A stretch of 64,000 bases of DNA, taken from an uncultured Spirochaetota bacterium. GTDB taxonomy: Bacteria; Spirochaetota; Brevinematia; Brevinematales; JAOACQ01. Each line of letters opens with the position of its first letter. Position 1 is the stretch's first letter. This document shows positions 9,669 to 18,140 of this stretch, piece by piece. Below the pieces are notes generated by a model. That model did no database searches, was not told the origin of the DNA, and worked only from the letters and a program-made list of their open reading frames with translations. Both the position numbers and the translations under genes were made by a program. The DNA lies in contig CAWAOD010000009.1 of the NCBI GenBank assembly GCA_963783575.1, positions 384,001 to 448,000 on the forward strand, given 5' to 3'.

Positions 9669-10232
9669 TTATTTTCCAATCCAGGTAATAACTAACTCAC
9701 AATATCCTTTACCTTCTTCAATCAACACAGTATATTTTGCATCAACTTGTTTTGCTCCCGATATTTCCAGTGCTTTTTTATAAAACCCTATAATAGAAAA
9801 TCCAATAATCCTATGCTGTTTTTCAAAACCGGTATATTTTATTATAGCTCCATTAGGACCTGTCATTTTAACCTCAATTGAAACACCTCTAAAATAACTT
9901 TGATGTATAGCTGACATTTTATTAAGAACGAATTCAGGGGAACCTAATTTAACGAATATTTTATAAATACCTCTTAACTGTTTTTCAATTATTATTTCTG
10001 TTCTAGCTATTAATTCAGATTCATTACCATTTGCAGTTATTTTTATATCAGATTCCAAAAATTTTGAAAAATGATCCAATGAATACCATCCTAATGATAA
10101 TATCATTTTTTGAAATATAGCTCTAGATTCATTGTCCAGGCTTGAAATAATGCTATTAAACACCTGTTCTCCGCTTCTTTTTTTGAGATTTTCAAGTGAA
10201 TCATTAATCACTGAACCTTTAACTTCAACCAT
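9669..10232 (-). CDS. Hypothetical protein, possibly DUF2378/V4R/H-NOX-like ligand-binding fold
   Basis: AGGAGG RBS; VKG...GWY...G-FY..ALE.SGA...C..W pattern. Confidence 0.5.
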   Translation of the reverse strand: MVEVKGSVINDSLENLKKRSGEQVFNSIISSLDNESRAIFQKMILSLGWYSLDHFSKFLESDIKITANGNESELIARTEIIIEKQLRGIYKIFVKLGSPEFVLNKMSAIHQSYFRGVSIEVKMTGPNGAIIKYTGFEKQHRIIGFSIIGFYKKALEISGAKQVDAKYTVLIEEGKGYCELVITWIGK

Positions 10233-10369
10233 ATTATCCTCCTATTGATAATTGATAGGAAAAAATATAATTCTATCTGAATGATAGGGAAATTATAATC
10301 AACGATTGAAAATAAAGCAAAAAAAAAGGAAAAACTGCAAAATATCACAACGTTTAGTAGACTTTAAAG

Positions 10370-10811
10370 GCTGGTGGTATACTTCGGAACAGGAACGCTG
10401 TGAACCTCTGGCGGTCCGAGAAATGAAGAGAGGCCTCATGAGGGCCTTGAAATGAAGACTCCTGCTATGATTTATTGTTTATCCCAGAGAAAGTATGATG
10501 GGACAGAAGATTGGCTGGTTTATCCTGAAGGGTATATCAGCCTCTGTTTGAATGACCGTGGATATATCAATCACAAAGGCAGAAGAATCTTTATTACTAA
10601 TGCCTCTGTGGTTTTAATATTGGTCTGAGGCTGAAAAGTAAACTAATGGCTGAAGTATGGTTTGAGAATAATTTAATGGGAAACCTGGACTTGAAAACTT
10701 TTATTTTTAAATCTATAATGAAAGAGGTTTTTCCCAGACACAAAAGAAAAATACATTAGTGTTACCTATGTCCTGACGTTAAAACGTTACCCATATCTTG
10801 AAGTCGGACCT
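10370..10811 (+). pseudogene. Degraded IS481-like transposase C-terminus and right end
   Basis: Fragments NEERPHEGLEMKTPA and AEVWFENNLMG; terminal TGTTACCTATGTCC / GTTACCCATATC repeats. Confidence 0.6.
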
Positions 10812-10863
10812 AATCAGTGATGGACAGTACCTTACCAACTTATAGTGGAGGACTCATTTAAGG

Positions 10864-11301
10864 ATGAAAAGGGAAATTAACGTATTAGGTGGGAGTGAAG
10901 TTTTAGACAACGGCCCCTTTTATCACGGGACGAAAGCGGATTTGCGGGTTGGCGATTTGTTGACTGCTGGGTTTCGGTCAAATTACAAACCCGAAGTCAT
11001 TATGAATCACATTTATTTTACAGCCTTGGCTAATGGGGCAGGACTTGCCGCAGCCTTGGCCAAAGGTGATGGACGTGAACGTGTATATATAGTTGAACCG
11101 ACGGGTAGCTTTGAAAATGACCCGAATGTTACGGACAAAAAATTTCCTGGTAATCCAACACGCTCATATCGCACTAAAGCGCCTTTGAAAATCGTCGGCG
11201 AATTAACAGATTGGGTGAGACCAACGCCTGAGGAACTTCAAAAATGGCGCGTAAAGTTGGCTGATATCAAAACGGATTCGAAAGCAGAAATTATTAATTA
11301 A
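10864..11301 (+). CDS. arr: NAD(+)-rifampin ADP-ribosyltransferase
   Basis: FYHGTKADL, NHIYFTA and VYIVEPTG.FENDPNVTDKKFPGNPTRSYR signatures. Confidence 0.95.
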   Translation: MKREINVLGGSEVLDNGPFYHGTKADLRVGDLLTAGFRSNYKPEVIMNHIYFTALANGAGLAAALAKGDGRERVYIVEPTGSFENDPNVTDKKFPGNPTRSYRTKAPLKIVGELTDWVRPTPEELQKWRVKLADIKTDSKAEIIN

Positions 11302-11394
11302 AAACATGGAAGAATTATAATGAATTCCTGGCGGCATCCTTGCCGGTAAAATAAGGAACCAGTTGTTCGTTATAAATTAATTGGAGGATTCATA

Positions 11395-12945
11395 ATGTTA
11401 GACTTATGGAGAAGATTCTGGATTATTCTTATTATTTTTTTCTGCTTCACGGTACCGGTTATAGCTAATGATACCAATGATTATTACCCCAGTACTACAT
11501 GGCGGACTTCAACTCCGGAAGCGCAGGGTATTGATTCGGGACATCTGGTCAGGATGCTGGATTATATACAATCGTATGATATAAATTTCCACAGTATTAT
11601 AATTATCCGTCATGGATATATTGTCATGGAAGCTTACGCAGAACCTTTCGGAAAGAACGTTATCCATACCCTTAATTCATGCACTAAAAGTGTCGTATCA
11701 TCTTTGATCGGTATTGCTTTAAGAGAAGGCTATATCAAAAGCATTGATCAAAGGGTCGTTGATATATTTTCCAATCAGAATATAAAAAATATGGATGATA
11801 ATAAACGGCAGATAACAATTGAACATCTGCTGACCATGAGTTCGGGAATCAACCAACCGGATGTAGATGGGCACCCCCCGGAAAATTATTTTAAAGCCTC
11901 CAAATGGAACCAATATTATCTTGATCTCCCAATGGCAACACAACCAGGTAAATTATTTGCTTATGATTCCTCAGGGGTAAACCTTCTTATGGCTATTTTA
12001 CAAAAAACCAGCGGTATGAAAAATTCGGATTTTGCCGATAAATTTCTTTTCAAGCCGATCGGTATTACCAATTATTATTGGCGGACTGATCCGCAGGGAG
12101 ATTATCTCGGAGGCTTTGGATTGGCTTTAACTCCAATGGATATGGCCAGGTTCGGTTATCTATATTTAAAAAAAGGAAATTGGAATGGAAAACAGATAAT
12201 ACCCGCCGATTGGGTTGAAATATCCATGTCCAACAATATTGATACATCAATGTGCCCTTTTGCGATTTCTACAAATAAAGGATACGGTTTCCTGTGGTGG
12301 GGGCTTCAGTTTGGTGGTTTTACAGCGATGGGCGCTGGTGGACAATTTATAATGGTCATGCCTGAAAATGATATGGTAGTTGTAGTTACCTCCGGTTTTC
12401 CCCCTCAAGATTTTCAAACACCATTAATTTATTTAGCTGAACAATTCACAAACCAATCCTATGTTTCCAGCAGCAGTCTCCCCGAAAATCCAGAAAAACA
12501 GGCGGAACTTGCGGCCGCCATCCGGAATTTTGGGAATCCAACAAATGATACAGATTTAGTTATTCCGGAAATGGCGAAAATAATTTCAGGGAAAAAATAT
12601 ATTCTTGATTCAAATCCGGGTAACTTAAAATCTATTATGGTGAATTTCAATGGTTCCAACGAATGTATTTTCGATGCAGAATATCCGGATAACCATTTTA
12701 AAATAATAATCGGATTGGACGGGAAATACCGTGAAAATAGATATGAAAATTTTTTATATTATAAGGAGTTCTGGCGTGGTAAATGGACAGGTGAAAATAC
12801 TTTTGTAGCAGAATATTACAGACCTTGTGTTGACGGTAGTAAAATTCAATTTACTTTTCAATTCGATCAGGATAAGCTCAAAATGGCACAAGAATCAACG
12901 GTTGGAGAATGGTGGCGGCATTTTACAGGAAAAATGGAACAATAA
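11395..12945 (+). CDS. Secreted serine hydrolase, beta-lactamase class C/AmpC-like superfamily
   Basis: Signal peptide; SxxK (SCTK), LLTMSSG, PGKLFAYDS and DMARFGYLYL motifs. Confidence 0.85.
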   Translation: MLDLWRRFWIILIIFFCFTVPVIANDTNDYYPSTTWRTSTPEAQGIDSGHLVRMLDYIQSYDINFHSIIIIRHGYIVMEAYAEPFGKNVIHTLNSCTKSVVSSLIGIALREGYIKSIDQRVVDIFSNQNIKNMDDNKRQITIEHLLTMSSGINQPDVDGHPPENYFKASKWNQYYLDLPMATQPGKLFAYDSSGVNLLMAILQKTSGMKNSDFADKFLFKPIGITNYYWRTDPQGDYLGGFGLALTPMDMARFGYLYLKKGNWNGKQIIPADWVEISMSNNIDTSMCPFAISTNKGYGFLWWGLQFGGFTAMGAGGQFIMVMPENDMVVVVTSGFPPQDFQTPLIYLAEQFTNQSYVSSSSLPENPEKQAELAAAIRNFGNPTNDTDLVIPEMAKIISGKKYILDSNPGNLKSIMVNFNGSNECIFDAEYPDNHFKIIIGLDGKYRENRYENFLYYKEFWRGKWTGENTFVAEYYRPCVDGSKIQFTFQFDQDKLKMAQESTVGEWWRHFTGKMEQ

Positions 12946-12996
12946 ATTTAATTATCTTTTAAATAACTGAAATATTATTTACATACATCGCCGTCC

Positions 12997-13200
12997 GTGG
13001 CTTTAATATTGGTCTGAGGCTGAAAAGTAAACTAATGGCTGAAGTATGGTCTGAGAATAATTTAATGGGAAACCTGGACTTGAAAATTTTTATTTTTAAA
13101 TCTATAATAAAAGAGTTGTTTTCCAGACACAAAAGAAAAATACATTAGTATTACTTATGTCCTGACGTTAAAACCTTACCCATGTCTTGAAGTCGGACCT
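12997..13200 (+). repeat. Second copy of the IS481-like right end (direct repeat of 10608-10811)
   Basis: ~200 bp near-identical, from GTGG(T/C)TTTAATATTGGTCTGAGG to CTTGAAGTCGGACC. Confidence 0.9.
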
Positions 13201-13226
13201 GGGCCAGCTTTTTTGTGGAGAAAAAA

Positions 13227-14570
13227 ATGTATTTAAAAAGAACAAATAATTGATGAAATTAAGCGTATTGCATTTCAGTTAGGGGTTTCATCATTAAAAT
13301 GAAGAGATTTTCAAATGAAATCAATAATATCTTTGAGTACAGTTTGTTATCATTTTAATACTTGGAATTAAGCAGTTAATGAAGCTGGATTAACACCTAT
13401 AGATAGTACTAAAATATTCAATAATATAGAACGCGGAATTGATGAAGTTGATTTACTAACTGAATTAATCAGACTTAATAAAGAAAATAATATTATTCCA
13501 ACAGGAAGTCTTATTAATTCTAAGGGTAAATATAGTACCAGACCTTATGAACATCGTTGGAAAAATATTAATAATGCATTTAAAAAAGAAGGAGGTAATT
13601 TGTGTTTAATAAGAGTTTATTAATTTTATTAGTTGTTTTGTCAATAATCATTTATAATAAACAAATATTAAATGGAAAAAATAATGAAAAGACTACAACT
13701 GGTTTAACAAACAAATTAAAAATATACGATAATTTGGATTATGGCTTTGATTTTAAATATCCGGCAAATTTTAAACTCCAAAACTTTAATGATCTTGGCC
13801 CAGATGAATTTATGCAAACCCATGACAAATTACAGTTGGAAAAATTAGTAGAAATTAATATGAATGGTTGGTTTTGTACCTACATTTGTCCTATTGATAA
13901 ATTTCTGGATGTGAATAATGTTAAGACTGTTAAAGATTTAGATCCGAAACTGCAATCGAAATCAATAAATAAGATTAAATATTATTTAAGCCCGGATGAA
14001 GAGGGTCCAGCAGCCATGGGCGGCCATAGAAGTACAGTATTTACTTATATTACTATTCAAAACAATCATTGCTTTTTATTTGTACAAACGTTGGCATATG
14101 ATATATATGATTTTGCAACAGAAGGAGGCGATATGCCCCGCAACCTGCATCCAAAAGAAGAGAAGGCATTACAAGACTGGATAACCAAACAAAAAAATGA
14201 ATATGAAAAATTCCTGGAGTCAGTTAAATTTTATAATACTAATCCAGGACCTAATGGCTGACAAATAAAAAGCAAACCTTCTATTAAATAACTTCTAGTA
14301 AGTAAAATAATTGTCAGATAACTTGCTTAGTTTTGTAAAATTAGCGAGGTTATAATTTTTGCCTGATGCATTTCTGTTAAAGATATTAAAATCATTTCAT
14401 CATTAATTATATCAGTTAAAATTGAATTTGAATTCAATAGTAAAAATTTTGTAAATCACGGTCATAATCCGGATGAATGTGATATTATAGTATATTGGGT
14501 TCATGATTGGCAAGAATGTACTTTAGTAATTTTAGAATTAAGGAATGTTATAAAATATTTGAAAAGTTAA
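13227..14570 (+). pseudogene. Disrupted homing-endonuclease-associated-repeat / nuclease gene (fragments 13227-13590 and ~14340-14570)
   Basis: Fragments EIKRIA...STVCYHFNTWN*AVNEAGL and HGHNPDECDIIVYWVHDWQEC contain stops and frameshifts; the gene ends just before attC half-site 14589. Confidence 0.55.
13602..14261 (+). CDS. Secreted hypothetical protein (PsbP-like YGF.FKYP motif)
   Basis: AAGGAGG RBS with GTG start; signal-like N-terminus; YDNLDYGFDFKYP motif; C-terminal FLESVKF. Confidence 0.6.
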   Translation: MFNKSLLILLVVLSIIIYNKQILNGKNNEKTTTGLTNKLKIYDNLDYGFDFKYPANFKLQNFNDLGPDEFMQTHDKLQLEKLVEINMNGWFCTYICPIDKFLDVNNVKTVKDLDPKLQSKSINKIKYYLSPDEEGPAAMGGHRSTVFTYITIQNNHCFLFVQTLAYDIYDFATEGGDMPRNLHPKEEKALQDWITKQKNEYEKFLESVKFYNTNPGPNG

Positions 14571-14588
14571 ACACGCGCGGAAAACTTC

Positions 14589-14620
14589 GTACAAACACGG
14601 CATACCTGTTCCGCTCCGTC
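14589..14620 (+). other. attC-like left half-site, truncated by IS110 remnant
   Basis: GGAAAACTTCGTACAAAC resembles the cassette-2 end GGAAAACATCGTACAAC; followed by ACGGCATACCTGTTCCGCTCC, similar to the attC2 arm GTTCCGTTCC. Confidence 0.55.
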
Positions 14621-14649
14621 TATGATAAAAGTCTAGTTTTAGTAAAATT

Positions 14650-15362
14650 TTAAACTACTTTTTTCAAAAAGTTATTATAATCTTTCAATTTATATAAGTG
14701 AAATTCTTTATCCATATAATAAAAATATTCATTTTTCTTCAGCATATGATATATTGCCACTAAAACTTTTCTTACAATAGCAATCCTTACCTTGACAGAG
14801 CTTTTACCATTTCTTTTCTTTTCATAGAACAATCTGAATTTATCATATGTTTTAAAATGGACTATGGATCCAATTAATAGATTGACAGATAATATTCTTC
14901 CCTGTTTATTTATTCTTCCAATTCTGGTTGTTTGGTTTGAAGAATCTACTCTTGGCGCTGACCTTAAATATGAGCAAAAGCATTTTGCATCAGCAAACCG
15001 ATTGATATCCGCAACATCAGACATAATTCCGATTGCACAAAATGGACTGATACCTTTGATGCTGGTTAATATTTCTATCTTATGTCGGAAATACCTTTGA
15101 TCAAGATTTCAGATTTTACTTCCTTTAGTGAATTTGAAACCGTCTCTAAATTCTGATAAAGTAATGTGATTTCCATTTTAACACTCAAATGTAATTCCAA
15201 ATTTAATATAGATTCTTTGATCTCTTTTCTTTCCAGGCTTTCTTTTGGATATTTATATCCATTCTGCTTCAATAGGGAATGCATACGGTTTTTGAGCATT
15301 ACAACCTGCTTTCTAAAAAATGATAAGTGGTAAATAACTGGCGTATTTCCCTGACTTCAGGC
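14650..15362 (-). pseudogene. IS110/IS1111-family transposase, frameshifted and 5'-truncated
   Basis: LKNRMHSLL, SIKGISPFCA and DINRFADAK.F.SY..SAPRVDSSNQT..GRINKQG motifs, spread over several frames. Confidence 0.8.
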
Positions 15363-15483
15363 TTCGTCAACAACTTTTGTATGACATTCTTTTATCTTTT
15401 GTGTGTCCTTCAGATCGTCTGCAAACTACCAATCCTCCTGAAAAAGGATCAAACACTTAATGGTTATAAGGCACTGTAGAAAT

Positions 15484-16518
15484 CTATGGTGTAACTATTA
15501 TAGATACATAATTGCTCCATCCTGTTGCCGCTTTATATGCGGACAAACTACCCGAGGGAACATGGATTTGCAGACTAGAATTACAATTTATAAATGCCTG
15601 TGATCCTGTAGGCAAGTCTGGAGGTGTAGTTCCCTGAACTGTAATGCTGGTCAGACTGGAGCAGTTAAAAAACGATCCAGCAATACTGGAACCAATACTG
15701 TTAACGCTAGAGGGGATGATGACACTGTTTAAAGTAATACCACTAAACGTATCGCCTCCTATGTTAGTAACACCAGATGGGATAGTGTAACTTCCAGCTA
15801 TACCGCCTGGGAAAGATAACAAGATAGTTCCGGTTTTATCAAACAAAACACCGGCTATTGATTCGTAATACAGGTTTGCTGAGTCGACGGAAATATTAGT
15901 AAGGACTGGGGAAAAAACGTAGGAACAACCATTGAATGCGCCTAGCCCAATACTGGTAACACTAGAAGGAATAGTTATATTGCTCAAACATGTTCCTCCT
16001 AATGCCCAAAGATTTATGTTGGTAACGCCAGATGGGATACTGTAGTTTCCAGCTTTACCTCTGGGGAAAGATAACAAGATAGTTCCGGTTTTATCGAACA
16101 GAACACCATCTATTGATTCATAATACTGATTTGCAGAATCAACGAAAAAATTGGCAAGGATGCCGCAATCCTTAAAATACCACCGGGCTATATTAGTGAT
16201 ACTAGAGGGGATAGTGACGGTAGTTATAGCACAGTAACTACCATCAAATGCATTATCACCAATTTCCGTTACAGGAACTCCATCAATATTTGATAATATC
16301 GTAATATTTCCGCTTGCGTTAGTACCTGTTAAAACAATCCATGTAGTTCCTGTATTGGTATAGACAACATTATCACTATTGGTATAACTTTCTCTCCCTC
16401 CACTCGAAGACGAATTTCCTCCACTGCTACTGCCGGAAGAAGACAGTGAACTACACGAAACAAGCATACTTATAATAATAAAAGTAAATAGGATTGGGGC
16501 TGACAATTTTCTGATCAT
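15484..16518 (-). CDS. BspA-type leucine-rich repeat lipoprotein
   Basis: Lipobox LVSC; Ser/Gly linker; repeats TIPSSVTSIG and YESIDGVLFDKTGT. Confidence 0.9.
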   Translation of the reverse strand: MIRKLSAPILFTFIIISMLVSCSSLSSSGSSSGGNSSSSGGRESYTNSDNVVYTNTGTTWIVLTGTNASGNITILSNIDGVPVTEIGDNAFDGSYCAITTVTIPSSITNIARWYFKDCGILANFFVDSANQYYESIDGVLFDKTGTILLSFPRGKAGNYSIPSGVTNINLWALGGTCLSNITIPSSVTSIGLGAFNGCSYVFSPVLTNISVDSANLYYESIAGVLFDKTGTILLSFPGGIAGSYTIPSGVTNIGGDTFSGITLNSVIIPSSVNSIGSSIAGSFFNCSSLTSITVQGTTPPDLPTGSQAFINCNSSLQIHVPSGSLSAYKAATGWSNYVSIIVTP

Positions 16519-16769
16519 AAAAATATACCTCCAAATATATTAAGCTTATTTTAGAAATAACTGTATAAAAAGTCAATACGGAGTTATCCGTATTATTGAC
16601 TTTTTATAAATATTTAACTTAACTTTATATATAATACTTTTGAAAATAATAAAATCTGAAATAAATAAAACAAATATTTGCACGATAGCTAGCAGAGAAA
16701 CAGATCCTCATTGGGGAAAATTCAAACTCTCTACCCTATGCCCATTCCTCTGCTTCTGCTCTGTCCGTA

Positions 16770-16885
16770 TTTTAATTCAAAAAGATTTGGAAACAATTCA
16801 TAATATTAAAGCTTTTAAAGAAAGATGCAACAACTGCGACAATCGCTGACGGGTAAGGCAAACGTCACCAAACATGCCGTTATAT
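16770..16885 (+). other. attC-like right half-site
   Basis: GCAACAACTGCGACAATCGCTGAC...CAAACGTCACCAA...CCGTTATAT is homologous to the attC2 right arm 4141-4200; R' GTTATAT at 16879-16885. Confidence 0.7.
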
Positions 16886-17126
16886 GCAAGCAATGTCGGA
16901 TCTTTGCGTTAAGAAGTGATTTCGGCATCCTTACCGGAAAATTGATTTTATTGAATTATCTAATTTATTATAGAATTTATAAAATTTAAATACAATAATT
17001 ACATATGTGACACAGTGTTATAATTATATGTATTGTAATAAGTTATTAAATATTAAAAAATATTATGATTTGTTTTCTCCATTTTTTTTTGCTATAATAT
17101 TATCCAAATTTATTGAGGAGTTTAAT

Positions 17127-18017
17127 ATGTTTGAAGAGAAAGCATTAAATGTTGGTCCTTCAAAGCTCAATATAGTTTATCAGCGTTTTGGTAGTCCTGC
17201 GTCGCCACCTATCCTGCTCATTATGGGCGGTGGTGCTCAGATGATTGCTTGGCCGGAAGGTTTCTGTGAAGAACTTGCTAGCCAGGGCCTGCAGCCGATT
17301 CGTTTTGATAATCGAGATACCGGATTGACCACTCACATTACCGACGCGCCGATCCCAGACTTGAAAGCGGCCAGAGCCGGTAATTTTTCATCGGTGTCTT
17401 ACACACTTTCCGATATGGCAGCTGATACCGTCGGACTTATGAGCGCACTAGGGTTTGAAAGTGCGCATCTTCTTGGAGCTTCGATGGGAGGTATGATTGC
17501 TCAGACCGTCGCTATTGAATACCCGGAAAAGGTGCGCTCACTAACATCAATGATGTCTACCACGGGAAACCCTTCTGTAGGACAGCCTGACAACAAAACA
17601 ATTGCCAACTTAGGTGCCCCTCCGCGCGATGATCGCCAGGGTGCCATTGATTGGCAAGTACGATCTCTTAAGGCTATCGGTTCGCCGAAATACCCGCTTG
17701 ATGAGGTTATTACAGCAGAAAATGCAGGCCGGGCCTGGGATCGTGATCACGATCCGTTAGGCATGTTACGCCAATCAGTAGCTGTTCTTAAATCTGGTGA
17801 CCGTACAAAGCAACTCCGAAAACTTCATGTGCCCACATTAGTAATCCATGGCGCTGACGACAAGATGATCGATGTCAGCGGCGGTAAAGCGACTGCAGCC
17901 GCCATTCCAGGAGCTGAAATCGTTATATTTGAAGGAATGGGTCATGGTTTCCCTCAACCTCTGTGGAAGGAGTTTGCGAAGCTCATTGTTAACCTTGTTA
18001 ATAGAGCAGAAGTATAA
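17127..18017 (+). CDS. Alpha/beta fold hydrolase (cassette gene)
   Basis: GAGGAG RBS; RFDNRDTG, GASMGG nucleophile elbow, HGADD and GMGH motifs. Confidence 0.9.
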   Translation: MFEEKALNVGPSKLNIVYQRFGSPASPPILLIMGGGAQMIAWPEGFCEELASQGLQPIRFDNRDTGLTTHITDAPIPDLKAARAGNFSSVSYTLSDMAADTVGLMSALGFESAHLLGASMGGMIAQTVAIEYPEKVRSLTSMMSTTGNPSVGQPDNKTIANLGAPPRDDRQGAIDWQVRSLKAIGSPKYPLDEVITAENAGRAWDRDHDPLGMLRQSVAVLKSGDRTKQLRKLHVPTLVIHGADDKMIDVSGGKATAAAIPGAEIVIFEGMGHGFPQPLWKEFAKLIVNLVNRAEV

Positions 18018-18140
18018 TTATAAATCGCCGTCCTGGCTTTACTTTATGCGCCGATTTTCGACCGGGCCAACGTTTAATACGGTATAGCTGTTTTGCCCAG
18101 TCTCAATAGTGTTACGAGCTGTGCTCAGTCCTTTCGTCAG

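Larger units (their letters stand above)
1..18100 (+). mobile_element. Integron-like gene cassette array (no intI in window), heavily interrupted by IS elements
   Basis: Plus-strand ORFs are followed by attC-like sites (R'' xxxxAAC ... GTTxxxx R') at 552-712 and 2218-4200 (IS-split), with half-sites at 5300, 14589, 16826-16885 and 18071. Each R' matches the R'' at the end of the next cassette. Confidence 0.8.

Noticed and set aside
16640..16849. 69-aa ORF
   Set aside because: It overlaps the attC right half-site, lacks an RBS and resembles no protein family I recognise.
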